Positions 42,949-53,310 are shown, counted from the stretch's first letter. The stretch is 54,654 nucleotides of DNA from a virus (IMGVR_UViG_3300044515_000008:1-54654), one strand, 5' to 3'. Numbers and translations are program-made. Notes: a model not told the origin generated them from the letters alone.

Positions 42949-45261
42949 CTATCCGCCTTTCATTGATACTGCTGGACGATCAACGTTGTGCATAGCCGAG
43001 ACGGCCCGATCCACAAGGGACATACGCGGTGCATCCCGATCCACGTCCGTCATGAACCCCACTTGCGATTTCAACGTCACGTCAAAGGCAACGGCTCCAA
43101 CGAGCGCGCAACCCGCAACGGTCGTGATCACGATTCGAGGATCGAACGCCGAACCGGCCGACGTGCTGCCACCGTCCGCAACGGACACCGCCGCGACACC
43201 GTCCACTGCGGAACCGGCCGACAACCCGGCACCGGCCGGGGCACCGACAGACGTACTCGTCGTCACCGTCGCGTCGAGCGCGGCACCGGAACCACTGGCC
43301 GTATCCGTCGGCCACACCGTCACGGTTGTGGCGTCCACCGGGGCAGCGATCCCGACCGCGTATCCAGCCGCAACGGCGACGAACGCAAACGTCACCACGG
43401 CCGGATCATCGGCCAGTACCGAACCGGCCGCGCCGGTGTCGAGCACGCCCGTGGCCGGAGTGGCGTCGAGCGCCGCGCCCGTGGCCGTCGAGCCCGTGTC
43501 TACCGCCACGGTGCCCGGGGTGGCGTCGAGCGCGGCGCCGGTCGCCGACGGCCCGGTGTCGACGGCCCCGATACCCGGGGCGATGTCGTCCGCTAGCGCA
43601 CCGCCAACGGCATTGACCGCACCAACAGAAACCGCGCCTTGCGGGTCCCCAGCTTGCCCGCTACCGGACGCTACGTCCGCCGGTGCCGTAGCGGCCGTGG
43701 ACGTCGTCACCGTGGCGTCAGCGGCGGAACCCGTGGCCGTCGAGCCCGTGTCTGCTGCCCCGTTGGCCGGGGTGGCGTCGAGTGCGGCGCCGGTTGCCGA
43801 CGGCCCGGTGTCGAGCACGCCCGTGGCCGGGGTGGCGTCGAGCGCCGCGCCCGTGGCCGTCGAGCCCGTGTCTGCTGCCCCGTTGGCCGGGGTGGCGTCG
43901 AGCGCGGCACCGGTCGCGGGTGCTACGTCCGCCGGTGCCGTAGTGGCCGTGGACGTCGACACCGTGGCGTCGAGCGCGGAACCCGTTCCGGCCGGGCCGG
44001 TGTCGAGCGCGCCGGTTGCCCCGGTGGCGTCGAGCGCGGCGGCCGTGGCCGTCGAGCCCGTGTCTGCTGCCCCGTTGGCGGGGGTGGCGTCGAGAGCGGC
44101 GCCCGTTGCCGACGGCCCGGTGTCGAGCGCGCCGGTAGCACCGGTGGCGTCGAGCGCGGCGCCGGTCGCGGGTGCTACGTCGGCCGGTGCCGTAGTGGCC
44201 GTGGCCGTCGACACCGTTGCGTCGAGCGCGGCGCCCGTAGCCGTCGAGCCCGTATCGAGCGCGCCGGTTGCTGGGGTGGCGTCGAGCGCGGCGCCGATCG
44301 CCGACGGCCCGGTGTCGAGCGCGCCCGTGGCCCCGGTGGCGTCGAGTGCCGCGCCGGTCGCCGTCGAGCCCGTACCCGCCGTGCCGGTAGCACCGGTGGC
44401 GTCGAGTGCGGCGCCGGTGGCCGTCGAGCCCGTGTCTGCTGCCCCGTTGGCCGGGGTGGCGTCGAGCGCGGAACCGGTCGCCGTCGAGCCTGTACCGGCC
44501 GTGCCGGTGGCGCCGGTGGCGTCGAGCGCGGCGCCCGTTGCCGACGGCCCGGTGTCGAGCGCGCCGGTGGCCCCGGTTGCGTCGGCGGTCGCGACAGTCC
44601 CGTCACCCTGTACCGCGTTGGCCGATGTTCCGCTAGCGCCAAGGACTTCGAGCGAAACGATGGCGTATTTCTGGCCGGTGGGTGCGGTGAGCCCGGTGGT
44701 TTTCGCACCGGCCGCACCGGCATCGGAGTAGTACGCGCCATAGTTCGTTTCGTCGCCGGTGACGTCGACGTACGTCACTTCGCTTGCCGCGACATTGATT
44801 GTCTGCCATGTACGGCTAGCGCCGGAAATTTCGTTCCAGTCGGACGTTGCCGTGACCACAATGGAGTTTGCTTGTGTTGTGGTCAGGGACAATGTCGGTG
44901 CGCCCGTGGTGTTTGTCTTCGCGGTCGCGCCGATGCCGGATGATCCGGAGAACCGTAGACAGTTGTAGCCCCATGACGTTGGGCTACCGGTAATCGCTTG
45001 TGACAGGGTGAACGTTTGCGAGGTTGGGCACGGTGCCGTCCACACCGAAACGCGGCAATATTGGTGTACCGCAACGTCTTGCTTGAGTGTGTAGGTGAGG
45101 CTGCCACCGGTAGGCGTCGCCGGTGTAAAGGCCGTGCCGTCTGGCGCAATGGTGAAGATCACCAGGACATCACCGGCGACTACCGTCACCGACTCGGTTT
45201 TCGGTGTGGTGCTACCGGTCCATGTTGTCTCGTATTTCGCGACGAACGTAGGTCCGGCCAC
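42949..45261 (-). CDS. Large Ala/Thr/Gly repeat virion protein (head fibre/appendage candidate)
   Basis: Beta-rich N-terminal domain then many ATGAALDAT-containing repeats. Confidence 0.75.
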   Translation of the reverse strand: MAGPTFVAKYETTWTGSTTPKTESVTVVAGDVLVIFTIAPDGTAFTPATPTGGSLTYTLKQDVAVHQYCRVSVWTAPCPTSQTFTLSQAITGSPTSWGYNCLRFSGSSGIGATAKTNTTGAPTLSLTTTQANSIVVTATSDWNEISGASRTWQTINVAASEVTYVDVTGDETNYGAYYSDAGAAGAKTTGLTAPTGQKYAIVSLEVLGASGTSANAVQGDGTVATADATGATGALDTGPSATGAALDATGATGTAGTGSTATGSALDATPANGAADTGSTATGAALDATGATGTAGTGSTATGAALDATGATGALDTGPSAIGAALDATPATGALDTGSTATGAALDATVSTATATTAPADVAPATGAALDATGATGALDTGPSATGAALDATPANGAADTGSTATAAALDATGATGALDTGPAGTGSALDATVSTSTATTAPADVAPATGAALDATPANGAADTGSTATGAALDATPATGVLDTGPSATGAALDATPANGAADTGSTATGSAADATVTTSTAATAPADVASGSGQAGDPQGAVSVGAVNAVGGALADDIAPGIGAVDTGPSATGAALDATPGTVAVDTGSTATGAALDATPATGVLDTGAAGSVLADDPAVVTFAFVAVAAGYAVGIAAPVDATTVTVWPTDTASGSGAALDATVTTSTSVGAPAGAGLSAGSAVDGVAAVSVADGGSTSAGSAFDPRIVITTVAGCALVGAVAFDVTLKSQVGFMTDVDRDAPRMSLVDRAVSAMHNVDRPAVSMKGG
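43420..44590. repeat. Intragenic ~60-78 bp tandem repeats
   Basis: Recurring GTGGCGTCGAGCGCGG core. Confidence 0.9.
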
Positions 45262-45280
45262 CGTCGCCCCTCAACTGTCC

Positions 45281-45574
45281 TTAGTAGATACCGATCCCGA
45301 GGAATAGCTTGCTGAACGTCCGGTAGTCGTATGCCGGTGTGCGCGTTGCGGTTCCCTCGAACACGGTGCGGAGCTGATCAAGGTCGGTCATTCCCGACTT
45401 GAGCTGCGCTACTTCCCCAACAGAGAATCCCATTGCGGTCAGCGTCACATCGGGTGTCCCGGCAAGGTACGCCGTGAATTCCTTAATTGTCTGAAAGAGA
45501 CTGAAAGCCTGTCGACCAATTGCGGCCGCTGCCTGATTAACTTCAACCTGCGTGACCGTGGCGCCGAGAGTCAT
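45281..45574 (-). CDS. Hypothetical virion-region protein
   Basis: ORF in the late operon. Confidence 0.7.
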   Translation of the reverse strand: MTLGATVTQVEVNQAAAAIGRQAFSLFQTIKEFTAYLAGTPDVTLTAMGFSVGEVAQLKSGMTDLDQLRTVFEGTATRTPAYDYRTFSKLFLGIGIY

Positions 45575-45590
45575 ATCTAAATCGTCCGTC

Positions 45591-46070
45591 CTACAGGGTG
45601 AATCGGAATAGCCCGTTAGCGGACCATACGATGGTGAATGTTCCGGCGGTCACAGACTGCGCGCCACCGAAGTAATTGAAACAAACACCTTGCTTGGCTA
45701 CTGGCGACGCGAGGGTGTTGTCATACACAAGGCAACCCATGACCCCGGCTAGTGTGACGTTGCCACCACCGGAAAGGTTGACACCACTAAAGAAGACGAC
45801 ACCGGCCGTACCTACGTCAATGGCAGGGGTGACCAGCGCGCGACCACCGGCAACCCAGTTAGTAGCGTCGGTAACTTCGTTGGCTGTAACCCATTGCCCG
45901 GTGTTGTAAGCCGTGGACGCCGCTGCGGCATTCTGGTCAGGGGTACCGGTGTTGTTGAACAACGCCACATTGAACGTGTCAACGCCAGAACCGGAAAGGT
46001 CGAACGCGGCAGTGTTGGCCAGCGCATCACCGAGGAATGAGCGGAAGATCTTACTAGCGGTAAAGGCCAT
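45591..46070 (-). CDS. Virion structural protein (fibre base / decoration-like)
   Basis: F.VALF...Y...NEV....W.AGG.AL...FGG.QSVT.GTFTI.W..NG.F pattern. Confidence 0.7.
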   Translation of the reverse strand: MAFTASKIFRSFLGDALANTAAFDLSGSGVDTFNVALFNNTGTPDQNAAAASTAYNTGQWVTANEVTDATNWVAGGRALVTPAIDVGTAGVVFFSGVNLSGGGNVTLAGVMGCLVYDNTLASPVAKQGVCFNYFGGAQSVTAGTFTIVWSANGLFRFTL

Positions 46071-46078
46071 TAGGTCAC

Positions 46079-46387
46079 CTATCCAATAGTGACACCGGCG
46101 AGCAAGTCCCACATACCCGATACCTGCGCTTGAATGTCGTCATCGATTGAAGCCGCCGTAATCGTCGGCGTAGTTGCCAGCGACCAGGCGAAGTTACGCC
46201 CGTACATACTGGAATTGTCGAGCACCGCTTTGCAGAAGATAAGCCGTAGCTTATCGATCGGCGTAGGCGTAGTGGTCGCGAGAATCGCTACACCTTGAGC
46301 GGACGCGGTGCGCGCAACGCACGCCGTGACGCGCGCGAGGAAACCTGTATCAACGGCCAGCGTTGCCGCGTCGGTGAGTGATGCCAA
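46079..46387 (-). CDS. Hypothetical protein, paralog of 41324-41614
   Basis: GGAGG RBS; shared motifs. Confidence 0.65.
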   Translation of the reverse strand: MASLTDAATLAVDTGFLARVTACVARTASAQGVAILATTTPTPIDKLRLIFCKAVLDNSSMYGRNFAWSLATTPTITAASIDDDIQAQVSGMWDLLAGVTIG

Positions 46388-46390
46388 CGG

Positions 46391-46666
46391 TTATCCTCCC
46401 GTGGCCGTCGGTGCGTAAATCGCGCAATCCTGGCCGTCATCGCGCGTGGTGATCACGGACATAATCGGGCGGCCGTTCGCGTCGAGCTGCACTAGCTCGT
46501 CGCCGATGTAGTCTTCCCGCTCGACCGCCTCGACCTTTGCTCTCACACCGGCTTTGATCAATGGCGACATTAAGCCCGGGATATGCGGGCAATTGTGGTG
46601 CGGTAGCCGCGTCGAGTACGTCACTGCCTGCGCGTCACAATTGGGGCAGCTCCACAATGTACGCAC
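46391..46666 (-). CDS. Hypothetical protein (CxxC..H.C)
   Basis: W.CPNC...H.C...EREDY.G.E...D.NGRP.M. Confidence 0.65.
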   Translation of the reverse strand: MRTLWSCPNCDAQAVTYSTRLPHHNCPHIPGLMSPLIKAGVRAKVEAVEREDYIGDELVQLDANGRPIMSVITTRDDGQDCAIYAPTATGG

Positions 46667-46671
46667 CCGAG

Positions 46672-46986
46672 CTACGGCTTAATGACGATTGTCGGATTGA
46701 CCGCCGTGGCGGTAGCCGTGGCCACCGGCAGTGCCGGAAGTTCCGTCCGCGTGGTCAGACGCTTCTCACCCGGTGTCGCCGTGGCCTGCTCGACGGGCGC
46801 GTTTTCCGCACGATCAAGCAACCGGCGCTGTTGTTCGACGTGCGTTGCTACGTCATCGAAGTAGTCTGGGAAACCCTTAAAGGCGGCATCATCGCTGGAC
46901 ACGAGTTGACCGGACGTCACAACCCGAGTCATTCCATTGACGTCGAATCCAAAGGGGGTCTTGCAACGCTTAATGCTTACAGCCAT
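46672..46986 (-). CDS. Hypothetical head-region protein
   Basis: VEQATA.PGEKR motif frequent after actinophage capsid genes. Confidence 0.7.
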   Translation of the reverse strand: MAVSIKRCKTPFGFDVNGMTRVVTSGQLVSSDDAAFKGFPDYFDDVATHVEQQRRLLDRAENAPVEQATATPGEKRLTTRTELPALPVATATATAVNPTIVIKP

Positions 46987-46988
46987 TC

Positions 46989-47396
46989 TTAACGCCTCCA
47001 CCCGGCCGTACCGAAGAGCACCGCGAGTGCCCCAAAAATGCCGCCGGTCGTAGTTCCGGAACTCACGGCGACAAGCCGCGCGTACCGCTTGGGACCGACG
47101 TAGCCGACGTCCTTAGCCACGTCGTCGTCAGTCAGTGTCAGAGTGGGCGCGGTGCCGCCGACGTCGGTAGTTGCGGCCGTGGCCCACGTAGTGCCGTCGT
47201 CGGAATCCTGGACGGTAAAGGCGTGCGATCCGTCGGTGATCGTCGCGGTCTGAATCACAAACAGAATCGACTGATAGTCGCCGACCCCCGCCTGTAGCCG
47301 GTCGACGGTGTCACCGTTGACGGTGCCGGTTACTTTCGCGCCGGTCGCGGTCATTGCACGAATAGACTTTGAATTGTGGTAAAGCGAGCTGCGCAT
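46989..47396 (-). CDS. Capsid decoration-like protein
   Basis: NG.TVD, QDSDDGTTW, GY.G.KRY.R; follows the capsid gene. Confidence 0.7.
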   Translation of the reverse strand: MRSSLYHNSKSIRAMTATGAKVTGTVNGDTVDRLQAGVGDYQSILFVIQTATITDGSHAFTVQDSDDGTTWATAATTDVGGTAPTLTLTDDDVAKDVGYVGPKRYARLVAVSSGTTTGGIFGALAVLFGTAGWRR

Positions 47397-47414
47397 GAGT
47401 TGGCATCCGTTCGG

Positions 47415-47456
47415 AAAAAAGTGGGGCCTTGACTAAGGTTCTAATCAAGGCCCCAC
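47415..47456 (-). terminator. Intrinsic terminator after major capsid
   Basis: GTGGGGCCTTGA/TCAAGGCCCCAC stem plus T6 on the minus strand. Confidence 0.85.
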
Positions 47457-47468
47457 GATTGGATCGGC

Positions 47469-48947
47469 TTACGTGCTCTTGTTCATCCGGAATCCGTCGC
47501 TGTTCACCACGGCCGCACCAACGCGGTAGTAGGCATACCAACCACGCTGACCGGTCGGCCGCTGGTTGGCACCGACCAGGTGCGGAATGAATTCAATGCT
47601 CATACCGACGCGGTCCGCGATGACGTAGTTAGAGAAGTCACCGTAGATAAGGTTCCGCTTCGTGGTCGCGGTTGTGCTATCCATTGCCTCAGCTTCGTAT
47701 GCCTCGCGCCCAACGAGCTGCGCGGGAACGTCTGCGGGCAGCTGAACCCACATACCGGCACCACCGGCAGTGTCAAACTGTCGAATGGTGTTGTAGATCG
47801 CACGGTGCGCAAGCCACGATGCATTGCTTCGGTACCGGGCAGGCAGCGCGTTATCCAGGCCGTACACGGAAGTGATCGGCAGGCCAGCAGCCTGCGTAAC
47901 TTCCGACGCCGTACCGGTAAGCGCGGTAACAATACCGAACGGCTCACCCGAACCGGAACCCGAAATGAACTTCTGCGCTTCGAGCGCTTCCTTGCCGAAT
48001 GCGAGCAGACGCGCAACTTCCTGCGTCACGTTCGCTTCGTCTTCGAGCGCTTCAATCGAGATCGGCACAAAACCCTGTGCCTTATAGGTATTGATCGTCG
48101 GCTGAACAAACGTCGGGCTGTTGTCACTAGCCTGCGTCGCTTCTGCCGCGAACGACCACGTAACCTGTCCGGCGGAAATGCCGTTCCACACATCACCCGT
48201 GGCGACCACCTGGCGTGCGATCTTACGAATCTGGTTCAGCGAACCGGCAGACGTGATGATCACCGTGGGGTCGAGCTGGAATGGAACCATGTACCCACCG
48301 GCAGAGTCCGTAAGGGACATTGCCCGAACGAGCGCGCCTTGTTCCTCCTGCGTAACAAGTTCCTTCTTACCGCGTGCAAGCTTGGACCATGCGCGAAGGT
48401 ATTCGGGGCTCGACGTAGCAAGCACAATCTTGGCGATGCGGCTATCGCTATCGTCCCAGTTCTCAATGATCGAGGTTCCACCCTTACGGATGGTGTCCGA
48501 TGCGCCGGGCATCTTCGAGATAGCGGACAGTGCCCGCGCTCGAAGCTCGGCATTCACTGCCGACTTGTCACGCCCATACGAGCGGAGGTCCCGAAGATCC
48601 CACGGGTTGCGGAATCGGCAGTCCTCAATGGAATCGGGATTGAGAATAGGGTCCTTGTCGTAGCCGTCATCCTTCGGCGCAACCCCGTTTTCCAGGACAA
48701 CGTTTCCGCCGTGACGGGCAGCGTTGCGAACCTGGTCCCGCTCAAGCACGCTGGCGACGCGGCCCTTTTCAGCCGTCCGCTCAAGTACCTTGCGGTGTGA
48801 GTCCAGCTCGTCGAACTCGTCGCCGAGTGCCTTAAAAGCGCGCTCTTCGTCTTCGGTCAGTTCCGGCTTTTCACTGAGACGCTCGATTTCGTCGCTGATA
48901 TCTTTCATGCGACTCAGTGCGCCCATGTGAGTTAGCTCAACGCTCAT
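47469..48947 (-). CDS. HK97-fold major capsid protein with delta domain
   Basis: AGGYMVP, G.GSGEP.GI, YGDFSNYVIADRVG; coiled-coil N-terminus. Confidence 0.95.
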   Translation of the reverse strand: MSVELTHMGALSRMKDISDEIERLSEKPELTEDEERAFKALGDEFDELDSHRKVLERTAEKGRVASVLERDQVRNAARHGGNVVLENGVAPKDDGYDKDPILNPDSIEDCRFRNPWDLRDLRSYGRDKSAVNAELRARALSAISKMPGASDTIRKGGTSIIENWDDSDSRIAKIVLATSSPEYLRAWSKLARGKKELVTQEEQGALVRAMSLTDSAGGYMVPFQLDPTVIITSAGSLNQIRKIARQVVATGDVWNGISAGQVTWSFAAEATQASDNSPTFVQPTINTYKAQGFVPISIEALEDEANVTQEVARLLAFGKEALEAQKFISGSGSGEPFGIVTALTGTASEVTQAAGLPITSVYGLDNALPARYRSNASWLAHRAIYNTIRQFDTAGGAGMWVQLPADVPAQLVGREAYEAEAMDSTTATTKRNLIYGDFSNYVIADRVGMSIEFIPHLVGANQRPTGQRGWYAYYRVGAAVVNSDGFRMNKST

Positions 48948-50124
48948 TGCGTTCCGCTTCTTTCACAATTAAGGAAAGGTAGTCCTGCATGAATGCCGCC
49001 TTGCGGCGCACGCGGGCCTTTCCTACGGTTGGCTTGAATGGCGTCACTGAGTGCTTATTGAGCGGCTCAACGATGGTGGTTCCTGCGGCTCGCTTATCGA
49101 TCTCTGCCTTAACGGCGTCGAGGTCGACAAGTGGAGTGCGCTTGTGTGAAGTGGCGCGAGTACCCGGCTTCACGGTTGTTGAATTCATTTCCGACATTGC
49201 AGGCGGTGCCATTGATCCATCGGCCGGGACGGGTTCCGCATCATCCGTGCCGTCGTCGTCGTCCGGATCATCGACACCCATGCAATCGAGCAGGCCGTCA
49301 CTAATAGTTTCCGCCGCGTACACAAGCGCGATGGCTTGCAGTAGGACGGGGTCGAGATCGGCCGTGTCGACCCCGGCCAGCAGAGCTACCGCCTGGTCTA
49401 GAACGGCGTCGAGCGATCCGGCCATCGTGCCGGGGTCTGCTGTGTCCTTAGACGGCTTAGCCTTCGGTGCCGGGGCCGTGGCACGCACGGCGTGTTTCAT
49501 GCTCTGTGCGCGCGATACGAGGTCTGCGTATGCCTCGGGTTGGCGCGAGCGCACCCGGCCGTAGTACTCGTCAGTCAGCGCCCGCACACCGGCCGTACTG
49601 TCCGGGTTAGCGGGGAACGTGACCGGCCCGAATTCCATTAGCCGCACTTCTTTGATGGACCGTTCCGGCAACCCCTTGGGATTCCAGTCAGATTCCCCGG
49701 GCTCGTCGTTCCATTCCTCTTTGATCACGCGGAAACGAAACGATGATCCGTACACTCCGGCTTCGAGTCCAGGGAGTAGGTCCCGGTTATACGAAGTGTC
49801 GAATAGCGGAACTTCGGCGTGCGGCCCGGTGACCTCTTCGGACAGTGTCGCAATCGAGCCGAGGACTTTGTTCCCAATCTGACTATCCATGCCATGATCA
49901 AAAAGAACTTTGACGTTGTCGCCGTTCTCCTGAATCGTCTTCTTAAACGAGCCTGGCATGGTGCGTTCTAGGAACTGTCCCTCGAACCACGAATCAATCT
50001 CATACCACGTGCCGAACACGGAGAAATCAACCGTCATCGTGGGCATATCGTCGCCGGTAGCGCGGAGCAGACCTGGACGCGGTGAAGCTGCCCGGACTAG
50101 GTCCAGGTCTTTTAGTGTGTCCAT
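48937..50124 (-). CDS. HK97-type prohead protease with C-terminal extension
   Basis: LFDHG, GSSFRF, EVRLMEFGPVTFPA. Confidence 0.92.
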   Translation of the reverse strand: MDTLKDLDLVRAASPRPGLLRATGDDMPTMTVDFSVFGTWYEIDSWFEGQFLERTMPGSFKKTIQENGDNVKVLFDHGMDSQIGNKVLGSIATLSEEVTGPHAEVPLFDTSYNRDLLPGLEAGVYGSSFRFRVIKEEWNDEPGESDWNPKGLPERSIKEVRLMEFGPVTFPANPDSTAGVRALTDEYYGRVRSRQPEAYADLVSRAQSMKHAVRATAPAPKAKPSKDTADPGTMAGSLDAVLDQAVALLAGVDTADLDPVLLQAIALVYAAETISDGLLDCMGVDDPDDDDGTDDAEPVPADGSMAPPAMSEMNSTTVKPGTRATSHKRTPLVDLDAVKAEIDKRAAGTTIVEPLNKHSVTPFKPTVGKARVRRKAAFMQDYLSLIVKEAERNER

Positions 50125-51566
50125 TATTTAGCCGCTCCGATTGCTTTCGTCTTAGGCGGTCCCTTGGTCGGCACAAGCGTTTTAGGATCCGGTGTGGGCA
50201 CTGCCGGTACGGGGGCAACCGGTGGCGCGGTACTTCCGGGCGGTTGAAGTTGGACGCTGAATAGGCCGGTGTGTTCGAGCGCGGAAAAGTCGCTGGCGTC
50301 CACTGCTGCCACCACGGTGTCAGGCTTATATCCGGCATCGATGAGACGCGCGATGGTGTCGGCTTGTCGGCCCTGGATATCGGCCGCGTCTTTCTCGTCT
50401 TCCCGCAGGAATGGCACGTCTCGCGCGTCATACCAAAGGCGGACGCCGTTACGCGGTGCGGGCTTGTCTAGCAAGATGCCGAGTGATCCCGCGAGGTTCT
50501 GCCACAACGGGTGCATGGTCGCGTCCGCGAATCGTCGGCGTGCCTGCCCGTAATTGCTATAGGTCGCGGACTCCAGACCTTCGCTCAATCCCACGATGAT
50601 TGGCGGTACGCCAGCAGCAGCCGCGATGCGGGTTTCCCCGTGTCCCTGCAACTCCTTGAAGTTCAGCCCTTGCATGTCGGCGCCAACGACTTTCACGTCC
50701 GCGCCCGCGCCGAGATACATTGTCTTGTAAGCGTTCTCGGTTCCACGGTGGTCTTTTTCCATGGTGGCCTTGAACTTCTGGAAATTATCCCAGCTCACGG
50801 CCTTGTCCATGGATACGACCATGTTCGGTGTAGCGCCGTTCTCTAGGAACTTTTGCTTATGCCGTTGCATGGTCTTGTCGCCTTGCAACTCCGGGATAAT
50901 CGAGGATATCCACGACTGTCCCCGGTAGCTCGCTTCCGGGTCCGGGCTCGGCGCGAAGTGCGCAACTTCGTCGAGGGTAAGGAAAGTCGGTTCGCTCGAC
51001 GCCGAGATGCCTCGGTGATGGTAGGCGTAGCCAATCTTTTTCCAGCCGATCGGCTGGCCATCCGGCAAGACTCGTTCCTGTAGAACGATTTGCACCCAAT
51101 CGGGCCGTAGCCGTACTAGCTCGTTCGACTCCAAAATCCAATACGAGTTTCCACAAAGGTCAGCGTCTTGGATCATGCGCACGAGCAGGTCCTGAGTGGT
51201 GGCACCGGGCCACGGGTTCTCAAAGACTTCGAGAGCGTTGGTGCCAAACAACTTCGTCGGCTTGCCGTCGGAGTTTTGGCGCTGCCACTGTAGGCGGATC
51301 GATGAGAACACCGACATGCGCACGGACATGCACGCGAAGATCACACCGTTTGTGCGGTGCGCCAACGCATACGCGCGAAAGTCGTTCGGGATCGGCTCGA
51401 CGGGCGTGGCCGCTAGGGTCTGCTGGGTGCTGGTCCCGTACTGGCCGAAACCGTAGGAGAATCCGTTGTACGCAAATTGGTTTAGCGCGGTGATGTAGTC
51501 GTCAACCGAGACGATCTCTCGCTGTTCGGTGCGGGGTGCGATCATCGCGCGTAGCGGGTTTCTCAC
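50124..51566 (-). CDS. Portal protein (HK97 family)
   Basis: GNSY, LRPDWV, F.NGATP, IAAAAGVPP..VG, TYSN. Confidence 0.93.
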   Translation of the reverse strand: MRNPLRAMIAPRTEQREIVSVDDYITALNQFAYNGFSYGFGQYGTSTQQTLAATPVEPIPNDFRAYALAHRTNGVIFACMSVRMSVFSSIRLQWQRQNSDGKPTKLFGTNALEVFENPWPGATTQDLLVRMIQDADLCGNSYWILESNELVRLRPDWVQIVLQERVLPDGQPIGWKKIGYAYHHRGISASSEPTFLTLDEVAHFAPSPDPEASYRGQSWISSIIPELQGDKTMQRHKQKFLENGATPNMVVSMDKAVSWDNFQKFKATMEKDHRGTENAYKTMYLGAGADVKVVGADMQGLNFKELQGHGETRIAAAAGVPPIIVGLSEGLESATYSNYGQARRRFADATMHPLWQNLAGSLGILLDKPAPRNGVRLWYDARDVPFLREDEKDAADIQGRQADTIARLIDAGYKPDTVVAAVDASDFSALEHTGLFSVQLQPPGSTAPPVAPVPAVPTPDPKTLVPTKGPPKTKAIGAAK

Positions 51567-51724
51567 GTCTCAACACCTAGGTTGGCGAGTGCTATACCAG
51601 CGACCAAAATTTCCGCACCGACTACGAGTAGCGAGTACGCGAGTCCTATTAGGAGATACACGCCGACCGTGTTTACCGCGATGCCCGCAACAGAAATAGC
51701 CCACGCTAGACGTAGTCGACCCAT
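51563..51724 (-). CDS. Small membrane protein between terL and portal
   Basis: Two short hydrophobic segments. Confidence 0.6.
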   Translation of the reverse strand: MGRLRLAWAISVAGIAVNTVGVYLLIGLAYSLLVVGAEILVAGIALANLGVET

Positions 51725-53310
51725 GGCTCTACCTCGTCTTCTGCTGGCACTTCGAGGAGAACCCATATCCCCATGGTCATAGCGACACACGCGTCAATGT
51801 GCCTTTTGGAACGTCCTTTTGAGAGCGTGAATCCGCCGCGCTCTTGCGGCTTACCGGCCGCCGATAGGACGTGTGCGGACAACTCAGCGTCGCCGTTGTG
51901 CACCACCGCTTTATCGAGAATCCGCCGGTACGCCTCGCCGCATGCGGGGGCCATACGTTGCGGGTTCTGATCAAATTGGATTGTGCGCACACCGTCGTCT
52001 TCGAGCATCCGGGCGGGAAGCTCGAAGAATCTGGGGTCATACACGACACCACGGAAGCCGAGTCCGCGCGCCTGGTCCTTTATGTACTCCCACACTTCGG
52101 CGTGGTTGATCTTCTGTTGCTGGCCGTCTATCGCGTCCCAGATTTTCGCCGTGACCGCAATGCGCCCGTCGGGCAATAGCTCGACGCGGTCAACCGCAAC
52201 AGAGTCATGCTTGAGTGCCATGTCGACGACAAGCACCCACGGGTTTTCGTCGTCGGATTCCCATGCGCCTTTGCAGTCGGCCCACGCGGCAGGATGGTCT
52301 TTCAACCATGAATCCGTACCGACGTCCACCCACTTGTTAGCGAAATACCGAATCCACTCGTGCGACGGATAGTCAGGCTTGCCCCAACTGTCAACGCGAG
52401 CTTGCACCGACCACTGTTTGTCAGCGGCGGCAGAACCGGCTTTGACGGCTATCACGCGGTCCGCGCGGTTGTGGAAGTCGAGGCCGTTAGGGGCCTCCTG
52501 CCAGTCGAACAACAGACGCGGTGCAATCGTTGGGTCTTTGCGGGCACGGACGCCACGCTTGTATATGGCGCCTAGCAATGAGTGGTCTACGTCAAAGCCT
52601 GCCGTGGACAGACTGAGTACCCGGCCCGGCCCGCGTAGCGTCTGCCGCTTGCTGGTCGACTTGCCGATGACGGTTCCGACACGGGCTTTCGTTGATCCTT
52701 CGTCGCCCCACTCGTGCAACTCGTCACGGACGAATAGATGGGGTAGCCCACCTTCGTTCGTTCCGGCGACGGCGGCGACGCGGTAGACCTTGCCGGGCCT
52801 GTTGTCATTGAATGTGGCGCGCGTGTCGTAAACCTCGAAGTACCCGCACAGTGGCGCCGCGCGGACGACGTTGTCCCGTCCGCCGATCATCGTTGCAAAG
52901 GCGCCATACAATAGGTCGGCCTGATCGAATGACGCGGCGGCAATGGGAATGTTGGGCGATTCCGGCGCGATGCCTCGAACGATTCCCGTTACGGGGTCGC
53001 GGTGCTGTGTAGGACCGGCGAATTCCAGCGCGACGATACCGGCGACGAATTGGGTCTTGCCGTCGCCGGTCGCCGCGCCGCGTACACCTTCGTCGTATCG
53101 CCATTGGTTGCAACCGGGGCAGTACTCGTACCACCGGTACAGAAAAAGCTTTTGATCCGGCCGCAACTTGAACGGCAGACCGTAGAAGTCGCCTTCCCCG
53201 AGGATCAGATTTTCCTCAATCCACCGGACGCCTGTTGGCCCTTCCGTGGGCCAGAGCTGCCCCTTGGCTGGCGTCCACTCGCATCCCGGGCACGCGTCCC
53301 TATCAACCAT
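51706..53310 (-). CDS. terL: Terminase large subunit
   Basis: GDGKT Walker A, AAASFDQA, VRDELHEW Walker B, STAG, VDMA..HD, YDP, IDACVA. Confidence 0.93.
   Translation of the reverse strand: MVDRDACPGCEWTPAKGQLWPTEGPTGVRWIEENLILGEGDFYGLPFKLRPDQKLFLYRWYEYCPGCNQWRYDEGVRGAATGDGKTQFVAGIVALEFAGPTQHRDPVTGIVRGIAPESPNIPIAAASFDQADLLYGAFATMIGGRDNVVRAAPLCGYFEVYDTRATFNDNRPGKVYRVAAVAGTNEGGLPHLFVRDELHEWGDEGSTKARVGTVIGKSTSKRQTLRGPGRVLSLSTAGFDVDHSLLGAIYKRGVRARKDPTIAPRLLFDWQEAPNGLDFHNRADRVIAVKAGSAAADKQWSVQARVDSWGKPDYPSHEWIRYFANKWVDVGTDSWLKDHPAAWADCKGAWESDDENPWVLVVDMALKHDSVAVDRVELLPDGRIAVTAKIWDAIDGQQQKINHAEVWEYIKDQARGLGFRGVVYDPRFFELPARMLEDDGVRTIQFDQNPQRMAPACGEAYRRILDKAVVHNGDAELSAHVLSAAGKPQERGGFTLSKGRSKRHIDACVAMTMGIWVLLEVPAEDEVEPWVDYV

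Noticed and set aside
42791-44943. Long plus-strand ORFs (646 and 434 aa)
   Set aside because: Antisense shadows of the GC-rich repeat gene within a minus-strand late operon
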